Assembly: GCA_963767925.1 (NCBI GenBank)
Contig: CAVYGB010000010.1
Span: 1,760,001-1,824,000, forward strand
Reading direction: 5' to 3'
Length of the DNA: 64,000 bases
Source: an uncultured delta proteobacterium
GTDB lineage: Bacteria; Myxococcota_A; Polyangia; Fen-1088
Each line of letters opens with the position of its first letter. Within the stretch, counting starts at the first letter, position 1. This document shows, piece after piece, positions 32,837 to 43,204 of this stretch. The notes under the pieces are model-generated. The model had not been told where the DNA came from, did no database searches, and saw only the letters and a program-made list of their open reading frames with translations. A program made the position numbers and the translations under genes.

Positions 32837-33340
32837 ATGGCGCTCGTACGACTCGAGAGCTCAGGTGATGCCCCCGGGATCGAGGCTGTCCTCGTGGCGG
32901 CCTTTCCCGGGATCGGCGAGGCCCGCCTCGTGAACCTGCTGCGGGCGGCGGGGCGGCTGACCGTGTCGGTGGTGGCCGAGGCAGAGGGCCGGGTTGTCGG
33001 GCACGTGGCCTTCAGCCCGGTGACGGTAGCCAGCGGCGCGATAGGGGTGGGCCTGGCGCCGGTCGGGGTGTTGCCCAGGCAGCAGCGGCTCGGGATCGGC
33101 GGCCGGATGATCGAGGCCGGGCTGGAACGTTGCCGGCAAGCGGGGTTCACCTGGGCGGTGGTGCTGGGGGACCCCGCCTATTACGGGCGCTTCGGGTTCC
33201 GGCCGGCGAGCACCTTCGGCCTCGACGACGAATACGGAGGTGGCCCGGCTTTCCAGGCGCTGGAGCTGGTCCCCGACGGCGCGCCCCGGGGCGCCGGCCT
33301 GGTTCGCTACGCGCCCGAGTTCGGCTCGCTGGACGCCTGA
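32837..33340 (+). CDS. YhbS-like GNAT N-acetyltransferase
   Basis: Motifs VVGHVAFSP, LAPVGV.P..Q..GIG, VLGDPAYYGRFGF. Confidence 0.85.
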   Translation: MALVRLESSGDAPGIEAVLVAAFPGIGEARLVNLLRAAGRLTVSVVAEAEGRVVGHVAFSPVTVASGAIGVGLAPVGVLPRQQRLGIGGRMIEAGLERCRQAGFTWAVVLGDPAYYGRFGFRPASTFGLDDEYGGGPAFQALELVPDGAPRGAGLVRYAPEFGSLDA

Positions 33341-33656
33341 GCTTCGCCGATCCCGGCGGGCCATTTGCGAACTTGGCACGGGAAGTCGGACTTGACACCA
33401 CAGCAGGCCACACGCACCATCCTGCCTGCGTCGCTGACCCAACCCTGACTCCGTCAGCCAGATCGGTGCGCATCGAAAATCCCGCCTACTTCAAGCAGCA
33501 GGCCGCCGACGTTGCCGGGCACTCGGCCAGGGTGCCGGCGGCCGCCGGCGCCGGCCTCCCGCTCCCGGCTCGGTCGGGGCGCGGCGGGGACGGATCCTTC
33601 GCTCCACCTGGCCGACCGGAGCATCGGCTCCGGCATCCCGTCCCATGGAGGTCCTC

Positions 33657-35213
33657 ATGAAGTCTCGTCCGCGCTTCTTCTCGCTCTACGCCGCGATCGC
33701 CGTGCTGGCAGCGCTGGTTGTCACCCCGGTCGTCGCCCACCCCCCAGAAGCCCCCTTCGACTCAACCGTCTTCGCCGGCGTCGAGGACGAGAAGGGGATG
33801 GAGATCGGCATCGAGAAGGTGGCGGACGGGTTCGTCGCGCCGGTCCGGGGCACCAGCGCCCCCGGCGACGCCGGTCGCCTGTACGTGACCGACCAGGCGG
33901 GCAAGCTCTGGGCGATCACCCTGGCCACCGGTGCGAAGGTCGTCCTGCTCGACGTGACGAGCCGGCTGGTCCCGCTCGGTGTCGGCGGTGAAGGCACCTT
34001 CGACGAGCGCGGCTTCCTCGGGGTCGCCTTCCACCCCGACTACCAGAAGAATCGCAAGCTCTACACCTATACCACCGAGCCGAACGCCGGCGCCCCCAGC
34101 CTGCCCACCACCATCCCGGCCGGCAAGACCGCCAACCACCAGAACGTCATCGCCGAGTGGCTGGTCAACGACCCGGCCAACCCGGGCGCCGGCGTGGTGA
34201 TGACCAGCCGCCGCGAGATCTGGCGGCTCGATCACCCGCAGTTCAACCACAACGGCGGCGACATCACCTTCGGACCGGACGGCAAGCTGTACATCCCGGA
34301 GGGCGACGGCGGCGGCGGCGACGACCTCGACGGCGACCTCAGCCTCGGCGAGCCGGCCGTGTTCGGCCACAGCGGCGACGGCAACGCCCAGAAGCTCACC
34401 GTCCCCCTCGGCAAGATCCACCGCATCGACGTCGACGGGCGCGACTCGAGCAACGGCCAGTACGGCATCCCCTCGGACAACCCCTTCGTGGGCATGCCGG
34501 GCGCGATCAAGGAGATCTGGGCCTACGGCCTGCGCAACCCGTGGCGCATCTCCTTCGACACCCAGACCGGCGTGCTCACCGCCGGCGACATCGGCCAGAA
34601 CGACATCGAGGAGGTCGACGTCATCGTCAAGGGTGGCAACTACGGCTGGAACCACAAGGAAGGCACCCTCTGCTTCGACAACAAGGGGTTCGATCCGGGC
34701 GTGGGCACGGCGACCTGCCCGGCCAACCTGCCGACGGGGCTGATCGACCCGGTCGCCCAGTTCGACACCCACCACGAGGGCCACTCGGTCATCGGCGGCT
34801 TCGTCTACCGGGGTAGCAAGATCCCCGAGCTGCAGGGTCGCTACGTGTTCGGCGAGTGGTCGCGGCTGTTCGACTTCCCCAGCGCCGTCGACAACTACGG
34901 CCGCATCTTTTACCTCCCGGCGACCGACCTCGCCGCCCCCGGCCCGCCCCGCGAGATCCAGGAGTTCAAGGGCTTCGCCGAGGCCGCCGCCGCGCTCGGC
35001 CTGACCGACACCGCCCGCCCGGCCAAGGCCTTCAAGCAGAGCATCTCGGTGCTCGGCATGGGTCAGGACGCCGCCGGCGAGGTCTACGTGCTCGGCAACC
35101 GCACCGGCCGCCCCTTCGGTAGCGACGGTATCGTCCTGCGCCTCACCAAGGTCGGCGGCACCCCCGATCCGACCGACCCGCCCGCCTCGGGCTGCAGCTA
35201 CACCGGCTTCTGA
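33657..35213 (+). CDS. PQQ-dependent glucose/sorbosone dehydrogenase family protein
   Basis: Motifs ERGFLGVAFHP, NHNGG..FGPDG.LY, GKIHRIDVD, AYGLRNPWR; GGAGG RBS; signal peptide. Confidence 0.88.
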   Translation: MKSRPRFFSLYAAIAVLAALVVTPVVAHPPEAPFDSTVFAGVEDEKGMEIGIEKVADGFVAPVRGTSAPGDAGRLYVTDQAGKLWAITLATGAKVVLLDVTSRLVPLGVGGEGTFDERGFLGVAFHPDYQKNRKLYTYTTEPNAGAPSLPTTIPAGKTANHQNVIAEWLVNDPANPGAGVVMTSRREIWRLDHPQFNHNGGDITFGPDGKLYIPEGDGGGGDDLDGDLSLGEPAVFGHSGDGNAQKLTVPLGKIHRIDVDGRDSSNGQYGIPSDNPFVGMPGAIKEIWAYGLRNPWRISFDTQTGVLTAGDIGQNDIEEVDVIVKGGNYGWNHKEGTLCFDNKGFDPGVGTATCPANLPTGLIDPVAQFDTHHEGHSVIGGFVYRGSKIPELQGRYVFGEWSRLFDFPSAVDNYGRIFYLPATDLAAPGPPREIQEFKGFAEAAAALGLTDTARPAKAFKQSISVLGMGQDAAGEVYVLGNRTGRPFGSDGIVLRLTKVGGTPDPTDPPASGCSYTGF

Positions 35214-35218
35214 TCGAC

Positions 35219-36001
35219 TCAGGGAAGATCGAAGAGGAGGCCGGCGGTGGCGCTGGTGAAGTTGGCCCAGTTGCGAAATTGCTGGGCCGGCACGCTGGCG
35301 CCGCCGCCGTAGAGGCGGGCGGTGAAGGTGACGTGCAGGAGGCGGCGGACCGGGATGCCCAGGGTGAGGGCGAGGTCGTAGATGCCGCCGGTCGTCTCGC
35401 CGAGCAGGCCGAAGGTGGAGAGCCCGTCGGCCTCGAGGCCGGCCCAGGGTCGGTCGGGATGTGGCGTGTAGCGTAGGCGAGCCTTGAGGGCGAAGACAGG
35501 ACCGATGTCGTCCTGGGCGGCGTGGCGCTGCCCGTCGCCCGAGCTGAAGGCGACGTCGGCGTTGCGCACCTGGAAGCTGCCGCCCAGCTCGAGCGCGAAC
35601 GGAGCGGGGAGCAGCTCGTACAGATACGAAAAACGCAGACCGTCGAACAGGTAGCGGTGGTCCACCACGCTGCCGGCGGGGAAGACCAGGTCGCGGAAGC
35701 GAAGCTCCCGGGCCAGCGTCACCCGGGTGCGCAGCTCGAGCGGGATATAGGTGAAGGCGAACCGGTGCCGGCCCGGTCGCAGCTCGATGGCGGCCCGCTC
35801 GATGCGGGCGAGGTTCTTCTGCTGGCCGACGTCCGCGGCCCCGTAGGAGGTCCCCCCGTCGCCGTAAGTGCCGTCGTTCTGGGCGACGTATACCGGCCCG
35901 GTCTCGTAGCTGAGGCGCAGGGGGAGGGCGGCCTCCACCGGGAGCGCGAACAGGGACGGAGAGAGGGCCGCCAACACCAGCCAGGGGATCGATCTCGGCA
36001 T
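35219..36001 (-). CDS. Hypothetical outer-membrane beta-barrel protein
   Basis: Signal peptide, alternating beta-strand pattern, C-terminal aromatic residue. Confidence 0.55.
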   Translation of the reverse strand: MPRSIPWLVLAALSPSLFALPVEAALPLRLSYETGPVYVAQNDGTYGDGGTSYGAADVGQQKNLARIERAAIELRPGRHRFAFTYIPLELRTRVTLARELRFRDLVFPAGSVVDHRYLFDGLRFSYLYELLPAPFALELGGSFQVRNADVAFSSGDGQRHAAQDDIGPVFALKARLRYTPHPDRPWAGLEADGLSTFGLLGETTGGIYDLALTLGIPVRRLLHVTFTARLYGGGASVPAQQFRNWANFTSATAGLLFDLP

Positions 36002-36264
36002 GGTGGTTGGATGCGTCCCGGCCCCAGGCCGTGCCAGTCCGGGCGACGCCCGGCAGCCCACCCCACGGTACACCAACCCGGTCCCCTGCCGCGACACATC
36101 GAGCCGGCTCGCCAGGACATGTCGGGGAGCCTTCCGGCGGGGAGAGTCGCGCGCGGCGCCCGGGACGCGGTAGGGTGGTACGCCGGTGGACGCGATGAAA
36201 CCGGGTTGGCTGGCCTCCTCGTTGGCGGTCTCGGCCTGTGGCGTGGACAACTGACGGCGCCCCC

Positions 36265-38580
36265 ATGGCGGCAGACCTGCGCACCCCGATCTTCCGCGGC
36301 CTGCGCCTGCCCGCCCGGGGGGCGGCGCGCTGGCAGCCTTACACGGCGGCCCTCGCCGGCGTGGTCCTGGCGACCTTGATCCGCCTGCCGTTCGAGGGGT
36401 GGCTGCAAGGGCGGGCCCCCTTCGCGCTCTACTTCCTCCCCATCCTGGCGACGGCCTGGTTCTTCGGGGTGGGGCCCACCGTGCTGGCCACCATCAGCGC
36501 GCTGCTGGCCGCCTGGTTCGTCTACGTGCCGCCGGCCTGGTCGTTCGCCCTGCCCGACGCCGGCAACCGGTACGCCCTGGTGGTCTTCTTGCTGGTGGCG
36601 GCGGCGATGGTCTGGCTGGCCCGGGCGGCGGCGGCGACCCGGCGAGCGGCCCTGGCGGCGCTGGTGGTGGCGGCGCGCGCGCAGCGAGCGGCGGCGGCCA
36701 CCGTGTGGGACTGGGCCCGGCTGGCCCCCTCGGTCCACCCCGACGACCGCCCGCGGGTCGAGGAGGCCCTCGCCCGGGCCCTGCAGAGCGGCCGGAGCAT
36801 CCAGCTCGAGCTGCGCGTGAAGGACCCGGCCCGGGGCGATCGCTGGCTGATCGCCGCCTGCGACGTCATGCGCGACGATGAGGGGCGCCGCCTCGAGGGC
36901 ATGACCATCGACATCACCGAGCGCAAGCTGGCCGAGCGGTCCCTCGCCGAGCAGCGCGAGCGCTTCCGGGTGACCCTGTCGAGCATCGGCGACGCGGTCA
37001 TCACCACCGACCGGGAGGCCCGGGTCACCTTCCTGAATCCGGTGGCCGAGACCCTCACCGGCTGGACCAGCCAGGCCGCTCAGGGCCGGCACCTCGACGA
37101 GGTGTTTCGCCTCGTCAACGAGGACAACCGCCAGCCGGTCAGCAACCCCTGCGACAAGGTGCTGCACAGCGGGGCGGTGGTGGGGCTGGCCAACCACACC
37201 GCCCTGGTGGCCCGCGACGGCAGCGAGCGCCCCATCGCCGACAGCGCCGCGCCCATCTTCGACGACCGCCAGAACATCCTGGGGGTGGTGCTGGTGTTCC
37301 GCGACGTCTCGGCCGAGCGGAGCACCCAGCTCGAGCAGCGGGCGGCCGAGCGAGACCGCGAGCAGCTCCTCGAGAGCGAGCGGGCGGCCCGCGCCGAAGC
37401 CGAGCGGGCCACCCGCCTCAAGGACGAGTTCGTGGCCACCCTGTCGCACGAGCTGCGCACGCCCCTCAACGCCATCTTGGGCTGGACCCAGCTCCTGCGG
37501 CGGGGCCCCCCCGCCGACGCCACCGTCCTGGCCCGCGGGCTGGAGGTGATCGAGCGCAACACCCGCCTGCAGGCCCAGCTCATCTCCGACCTGCTCGACG
37601 TCAGCCGCATCGTCTCGGGCAAGCTGCGGCTGGAGCTGGAGCTGGTGAATCTGGGGGCGGTGATCGACGCCGCGGTGGAGACGGTGCGCGAGGCGGCGGT
37701 GACCAAGAAGGTCGAGCTAAAGCAGGTGAAGGACCCCGACGTGCCCCCCCTGGTGGGCGACCACGCCCGCTTGCAACAGATCGTCTGGAACCTGCTGTCC
37801 AACGCCATCAAGTTCAGCGAGCCGGGGGCCGCCGTCACCGTGACCCTCTCGCGCCAGGACGTGGCGGCGGTGCTGACGGTCAGCGACCAGGGCGTCGGCA
37901 TCAAGCCGGAGTTCGTCCCCTTCCTTTTCGATCGCTTCCGCCAGGCCGACAGCTCGACCAGCCGGCGGTTCGGCGGGCTGGGCCTGGGGCTGGCCATCGT
38001 CAAGCAGCTCACCGAGCTGCACAACGGGGTGGTGGCGGCCCGGAGCGCGGGCGAGGGCCAGGGCGCCACCTTCACCGTGCGCCTGCCGCTGGGGGTGGCC
38101 CGCGAGGAGAGCGCGCCCGATCGCGGCGGCGGCAACGGCAAAGATCCCCTGGCCCTCGCCGGCGCCGGCCGGCTCGACGGCCTGCGCGTGCTGGTGGTGG
38201 AGGACGACGACGACACGCGCGAGCTGGTCACCCGCCTGCTGGCCGAGAGCGGGGCCCAGGTGTCGACCGCCGCCGCGGCCTCCCCGGCCATCGAGCGCTT
38301 CCAGGCCGACGGCGCCGACCTCCTGATCAGCGACATCGGCCTGCCGGGCGAAGACGGCTACAGCCTCATCGCCCGCCTGCGCGCCCTCGAGGGGAGCAAC
38401 GGGGCCAGCGTGCCGGCCATCGCCTTGACCGCCTTTGCCCGCTCGGAGGACCGCACGCGCGCGCTGCAGGCCGGGTTCCAGGCCCACCTGGCCAAGCCGG
38501 TCGAGCCGGCCGAGCTGCTGGCCACGGTGGCCAGCTTCGCCTCGATGCTGCGCAGCCGGGCTCAGCCGCCCGGGGGGTAG
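36265..38580 (+). CDS. Hybrid sensor histidine kinase (DUF4118-like TM, PAS, HisKA, HATPase, receiver)
   Basis: Motifs SHELRTPL, NLLSNAIKF, D.G.GI, GLGLGL, VLVVED...SDIGLPG, KPV. Confidence 0.92.
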   Translation: MAADLRTPIFRGLRLPARGAARWQPYTAALAGVVLATLIRLPFEGWLQGRAPFALYFLPILATAWFFGVGPTVLATISALLAAWFVYVPPAWSFALPDAGNRYALVVFLLVAAAMVWLARAAAATRRAALAALVVAARAQRAAAATVWDWARLAPSVHPDDRPRVEEALARALQSGRSIQLELRVKDPARGDRWLIAACDVMRDDEGRRLEGMTIDITERKLAERSLAEQRERFRVTLSSIGDAVITTDREARVTFLNPVAETLTGWTSQAAQGRHLDEVFRLVNEDNRQPVSNPCDKVLHSGAVVGLANHTALVARDGSERPIADSAAPIFDDRQNILGVVLVFRDVSAERSTQLEQRAAERDREQLLESERAARAEAERATRLKDEFVATLSHELRTPLNAILGWTQLLRRGPPADATVLARGLEVIERNTRLQAQLISDLLDVSRIVSGKLRLELELVNLGAVIDAAVETVREAAVTKKVELKQVKDPDVPPLVGDHARLQQIVWNLLSNAIKFSEPGAAVTVTLSRQDVAAVLTVSDQGVGIKPEFVPFLFDRFRQADSSTSRRFGGLGLGLAIVKQLTELHNGVVAARSAGEGQGATFTVRLPLGVAREESAPDRGGGNGKDPLALAGAGRLDGLRVLVVEDDDDTRELVTRLLAESGAQVSTAAAASPAIERFQADGADLLISDIGLPGEDGYSLIARLRALEGSNGASVPAIALTAFARSEDRTRALQAGFQAHLAKPVEPAELLATVASFASMLRSRAQPPGG

Positions 38581-39704
38581 CCGATCGCCTCCAGGGCGGC
38601 GTCGTTGAGGGCCCGGCGCAGGATCCGGAAGCGCGGATCGTCGCGCACGGTGGGGTGGACCCGGTTCGACAGCACCAGCACGAACACCTCGCGTTCGGGA
38701 TCGATCCACAGCGAGCAGCCGGTGAAGGCCAGGTGCCCGACCGCCGCCCGCGCGATGCGATCGCCGGCCAGCGACCCGGTCGCCGCCGGTCCGTCCCAGC
38801 CCAGCCGCCAGTTCGATCCGGGCACCCCGGCCGGGGCCCAGAACCGGCGCAGCACTTCGCGATCGACGAGGGGCCGCTGGCCGGCCGCCAGGGCCGCGCC
38901 CCGGTAGGCGGCGCACAGCGCGTGGACGAGGGTCGCGACGCCGGCGGCGTCGCCGAACAGCCCGGCGTGGCCGGCCACCCCGCCCATGGCGAACGCGTTG
39001 AGGTCGTGGACCTCGCCCAGCACGATCCGCCCGCGAACCGGGCAGCGCTCGGTGGCGGCGATGTTCTCATCGGGACTTGCAATCCCCGAGCCGAGGGCGC
39101 CGATCGGGCGATAGGCCAGCGAGGTGATGCCGAGGGAAGCGAAGCGATCGGCCGCCGCGACATCGAGCCTCCTGCCGAGCCTTCGCTCGAGGAAGTGGCC
39201 CAGCAATATGAACCCAACATCCGAGTAGATCGATCGGGTACCGGGCGGATACGCCAGCGGGACCCGGCCAGCCGCTTGCACGACGGCGGCCCGCGCCGAC
39301 TCGGTGCCCGCGCCTTGCCCCTGCGGGCCGAGGGCCTCCGCGTAAAAAGGACGGTGAGCCGGGAACCCGGCGCTGTGCGAAAGGGCGGCCCGCAGGCTGA
39401 TTTTCCCTGTCACCTCCGGTGGTTCGCCGGCGGGCGCGGCGCCCAGCGGCTCGTCCAGATTGATGGCGGCCTGCTCCAGCGCGCCCATACACAATAGAGA
39501 TGTGACGAGGGGTTTGGTGAGGGAGGCCAGGTCCCAGATCGTGTCAGCGGTGGCCGGCAGGGACGCCGGCTCGACCTGGCGATCCCCGAACACGAGAAGG
39601 TGGCTCTGCCCTTCTCGACCGATCAATATGGTGAGCCCGGAAACGGTCCGGGCAGCCACCGCATCCTCCGAGATCGTGCGAAGATGCCTGTCGCTCACGG
39701 TCAT
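38562..39704 (-). CDS. Serine hydrolase, beta-lactamase family
   Basis: Motifs ASLTK (SxxK), YSD, GEVHD.NA..MGGVAGHAGLF, GHLAFTG. Confidence 0.88.
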   Translation of the reverse strand: MTVSDRHLRTISEDAVAARTVSGLTILIGREGQSHLLVFGDRQVEPASLPATADTIWDLASLTKPLVTSLLCMGALEQAAINLDEPLGAAPAGEPPEVTGKISLRAALSHSAGFPAHRPFYAEALGPQGQGAGTESARAAVVQAAGRVPLAYPPGTRSIYSDVGFILLGHFLERRLGRRLDVAAADRFASLGITSLAYRPIGALGSGIASPDENIAATERCPVRGRIVLGEVHDLNAFAMGGVAGHAGLFGDAAGVATLVHALCAAYRGAALAAGQRPLVDREVLRRFWAPAGVPGSNWRLGWDGPAATGSLAGDRIARAAVGHLAFTGCSLWIDPEREVFVLVLSNRVHPTVRDDPRFRILRRALNDAALEAIGYPPGG

Positions 39705-39772
39705 CGGCAGAAAGGCTAACAGTTCCGACGGCGCGGGGGTGAGGGGTCCCATCCAGAACGTGTCCGCCGCCC

Positions 39773-42697
39773 ATGTCTAAATTCGGTCAGTACCAGCTCC
39801 TCGAACGCGTCGCGGTGGGCGGGATGGGAGAGGTGTACCGCGCGCGCTCGCTGGGCGAAGAGGGCTTCGAGAAGCCGGTCGCGATCAAGCGCATCTTGCC
39901 GAGCTACGCGAGCGACGTCCGCTTCGTCGAGATGCTGGTGACCGAGGCGCGCATCCACGCGCCCCTCTCGCACCGGAACATCGTGCAGATCCACGACCTG
40001 GGGATCTCCGAGGACCACGAATACTTCATCGTGCTCGAGTTCGTCGACGGGCACGACCTGGGCGCGCTGCTGACCCGGCTGGCCGAGCGGCGCCTGCGCG
40101 GCATCGGCCCCTCGCGGGTGCCCGACGCGGTGGCGCTGTACATCGCCATCGAGCTCGGCGAGGGCCTGCACTTCGCCCACGAGCAGCGGGACGAGCGGGG
40201 CGAGCCGCTCGGCCTGATCCATCGGGACATCTGCCCCTCGAACGTCCTGCTCTCTTACGCCGGCGAGGTCAAGCTGTCGGACTTCGGGCTGGCCAAGCGG
40301 CGCACCGACCATTCCATCGTTGGCTCGCTCAAGGGGCAGCTCGCGTACATGTCCCCCGAGCAGGCCCGGCGGGCCTCGCTCGACCGGCGCACCGACATCT
40401 TCTCGCTGGGGGCGGTGCTGTTCGAGATGTTGACCGGGCAGTCGCTGCGGACCATCTCCGACGACATCTCGGGCTGGCAGCTCGTGGCCTCGGGCGCGGT
40501 GCCGACCCCCCGGCAATGCCGGCCCGACATCTTGCCCGCGCTCGAGCAACTCCTCGAGGGGGCGCTGGCCCCCGACCCGCGCGACCGGTTTCCCGACGCC
40601 CGGGCCTTCGTGGCCGAGGCGCGGGGGGCGCTGGATCTGCTTCCGCGCTCGCGGGCCGGTGAGGCGGGCGAGCTGACCGCCCTGCTGCGCGGGCTGCTGC
40701 CGCCTGGGCGCCCCCGGCCGGCCAAGGCCCAGTCCAAGGTGATCCGCCTGCTGTCGGAGCTGGCGCTGCCCGCCCCGGCGCCGCCGCCGCCCGCGCCGGC
40801 CCGCAAGCGCGAAAGTGGCCCGGTCTCGAAGTCGCCGCCCCCGGCGGCCGCACCGCCCCCCATCGCCGCCAGCGCGCCCCCGCCGGCCGCCCGGGAGGCG
40901 CCCCCGCCCCGCGAGCGCGAGGCGGGCGCCCCGCGTGAGCGCGAGGCCCCGCCGCCGCGTGAGCGCGAGGCCCCGCCCCCGCGCGAGCGGGAAGAGACGC
41001 GCCCGGCCCTGGCGCGCAACCCGGCGCCGCCCGCTCCCGCCGAGGCGGAAGAGGCTCAGCGCCGGTCGGATGGCGCCTGGCCGGCGTTCCTGGATCTCGT
41101 CGCGCCGCCCATCGGGTCGGGTGTGTCGCCTGCGCCGGTGCCCCGGGCGCCGCCCGCGCCGACCTTCCGCGCGCCGCCCGCGCCGGCACCGGGGCCGCCG
41201 ACCCCCACGCCGCCGGCCGCGCCCTGGCCGCCGCCGCTGTATCCGCAGAGCCAGGCGCCACCGGCCGACTCCGAGCCGCTGAGCTCGCTCGAGGAGATCG
41301 AGGGGATGGAGGCGCCGCCCCCGCCGCGGCCACCGCCGGCCCGGAAGTCGGCGTCGATGCCGGTGGTGGCGGCCCGGTCCACGCGCGAGATGGCCGTGCC
41401 CGCCCAGGCGCTGCCGCCGCCCAGGCAGGTGGCTCCGCCGCCCCAGACGCTGCCCCCGCCCAGGCAGGTGGCCCCGCCCCAGACGCTGCCCCCCCGGCCA
41501 GCGGCCCCCCCGCCGGCGCCGCCGCCCCAATCGCTGGCCCCTCCCCCGCTGGCGATGCCCGCGCCCCCGCCCCAGATGCAGCCGCCCCCGATGTTGCCGC
41601 CCCCCCAGGCGATGCCGGCGCCGGCGTTCGTTGCGCAGCAGCCACCCCCGCCGCCCTACCAGCCCCAGCCGCCGCCACCACCGCCCCAGTATCAGCCGCA
41701 GCCGTACCAGCCGCCGCCGCCGCAGATGATTCAGCCGCAGTACCAGCCGCCGCAGTACCAGCAGCAACCGCCGCAGTACCAGCCGCCGCAGTACCAGCAA
41801 CCGCCGCCGCAGATGATGCCCCAGTACCAGCAGCCGCAGATGATGCCGCCGCAGTACCAGCAGCAGCCCGAGATGTCGGAGGAGGCGCTGACCTCCGACG
41901 AGATGATCCAGATGCAGGAGCTGTCGCCGCTCGAGCAGATGCCCCCGCTCGAGACCCCGCCCCCCATGATGATGGGGCCCGGTCCCAGCGGCGGGCCAGC
42001 CTGGCAACCCCAGCTCGAGATGCAGGGGCAGCCTGACGGACCGCACGACGGCATGGGCCAGCACGACGGCATGCCGGACGGCCAGCACCTCGGTGACAGC
42101 GCCGGCATGCAAGACGGCCAGCAACTCGGTCAAGACGACGGCATGCAAGACGGCCAGCACCCTGGTCAGGACGATGACGGGCAGGCCTGGACCTACCCCG
42201 ACCAGCCGCCCGGCATGCAGGAGGTGTCTGCCTACGCCATGGGCAACGGGTACCCGACGCCGGCGGGCGAGCCGGTGTCCCTGCTGCAGCGGCTGCGGTT
42301 CCTCGGGATCGTCGTGGGCGCGCTGGCAGCAATTGTCGCCGGCGTGCACTTCGGGTACGTGCCGCTCGACGTGCTGGCCGTCTGGCGCCGGCCCGCGCGC
42401 CTCGAGGTGGACAGCGTCCCCGCCGGCGCCGAGGTGTTCATCGACGGCCGCCGCCTCTCGGCCCGCACGCCCACCTTCACCGACGTCGTGCGGGACACGG
42501 CCCCTCACATCGTCGAGGTTCGCCTGGAGGGCTTCCAGACCGAGCGCCAGCGCATCTACTACTCCAAGACCGTCGAGCTGGACGTGTCGGTGCCGCTGAC
42601 CCCCGCCGCCGGCCCCGAGGTCGAGACCACCGCGCCGCGGCCGGGGGCCCGGGCCCGCCGGGCGCCCAATCCCGCGCGCGGGACCCCCGCACCCTGA
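39773..42697 (+). CDS. Ser/Thr protein kinase with long Pro/Gln-rich linker, TM helix and PEGA domain
   Basis: Motifs GGMGEVY, VAIK, HRDICPSN, DFG, YMSPEQ; S.PAGAEVFIDG. Confidence 0.92.
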   Translation: MSKFGQYQLLERVAVGGMGEVYRARSLGEEGFEKPVAIKRILPSYASDVRFVEMLVTEARIHAPLSHRNIVQIHDLGISEDHEYFIVLEFVDGHDLGALLTRLAERRLRGIGPSRVPDAVALYIAIELGEGLHFAHEQRDERGEPLGLIHRDICPSNVLLSYAGEVKLSDFGLAKRRTDHSIVGSLKGQLAYMSPEQARRASLDRRTDIFSLGAVLFEMLTGQSLRTISDDISGWQLVASGAVPTPRQCRPDILPALEQLLEGALAPDPRDRFPDARAFVAEARGALDLLPRSRAGEAGELTALLRGLLPPGRPRPAKAQSKVIRLLSELALPAPAPPPPAPARKRESGPVSKSPPPAAAPPPIAASAPPPAAREAPPPREREAGAPREREAPPPREREAPPPREREETRPALARNPAPPAPAEAEEAQRRSDGAWPAFLDLVAPPIGSGVSPAPVPRAPPAPTFRAPPAPAPGPPTPTPPAAPWPPPLYPQSQAPPADSEPLSSLEEIEGMEAPPPPRPPPARKSASMPVVAARSTREMAVPAQALPPPRQVAPPPQTLPPPRQVAPPQTLPPRPAAPPPAPPPQSLAPPPLAMPAPPPQMQPPPMLPPPQAMPAPAFVAQQPPPPPYQPQPPPPPPQYQPQPYQPPPPQMIQPQYQPPQYQQQPPQYQPPQYQQPPPQMMPQYQQPQMMPPQYQQQPEMSEEALTSDEMIQMQELSPLEQMPPLETPPPMMMGPGPSGGPAWQPQLEMQGQPDGPHDGMGQHDGMPDGQHLGDSAGMQDGQQLGQDDGMQDGQHPGQDDDGQAWTYPDQPPGMQEVSAYAMGNGYPTPAGEPVSLLQRLRFLGIVVGALAAIVAGVHFGYVPLDVLAVWRRPARLEVDSVPAGAEVFIDGRRLSARTPTFTDVVRDTAPHIVEVRLEGFQTERQRIYYSKTVELDVSVPLTPAAGPEVETTAPRPGARARRAPNPARGTPAP

Positions 42698-42703
42698 GCC
42701 CGC

Positions 42704-43099
42704 TCAGCGCGGAGGGGGCGGCGTCGGCGAGGGGCCCGGTGAGGCCGGCTCGCCCGCCGCGCTGACCGCGTCCGGCTCGTCCCGCCGGCGCAAGGTCTCG
42801 CGCGCGGTCGTCGGCCCGCGCACCACCAGGTGGGGCCGCAACCGCCGCACCGTCTTGGGGCCGATGCCCTTGACGCGGGCGAGCTCCTCGACGGTGCGGA
42901 AGGCGTTCTGCTGGCGGTAGGCGGCGATCCGGCGGGCCTTGGCCGGGCCCACCCCGGGCAACAGCTCCAGCTCGTCCAGCGAGGCGGTGTTGATGTTCAC
43001 GACGCCCTCGAGCCGCGGCGCCGCCCCCGCCGTCCGGGCGGACGGGGCGAGCGCGAGCAGCCCACACAGGCCGATCAGCAACGGGAAGGTCCTGGCCAT
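42704..43099 (-). CDS. comEA: ComEA-like helix-hairpin-helix DNA-binding protein
   Basis: VNINTAS..EL..LPGVGP.KA..I...F..VEEL..VKGIGPKT. Confidence 0.85.
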   Translation of the reverse strand: MARTFPLLIGLCGLLALAPSARTAGAAPRLEGVVNINTASLDELELLPGVGPAKARRIAAYRQQNAFRTVEELARVKGIGPKTVRRLRPHLVVRGPTTARETLRRRDEPDAVSAAGEPASPGPSPTPPPPR

Positions 43100-43204
43100 G
43101 GCCAGCTTTTCGGCGCCCGCGTGCCAGCGTTGCGCGGAATCGCCGCTGCCCCCGGGACAACAATCACTGGCGGGGCCCCCCCGGGATGGGGCATCGTTCC
43201 GCCG

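Noticed and set aside
33374..33390. TGGCACG as sigma54 promoter
   Set aside because: No GC at the -12 position. Similar half-matches near 36035, 43125 and 54195 fail on spacing or an invariant base.
39716..42508. Long antisense or alternate-frame ORFs (e.g. 39716-42508, 22170-24971, 33762-36284, 4102-6582)
   Set aside because: Shadow ORFs expected at very high GC. They overlap well-supported genes and are Arg/Gly/Pro-rich.
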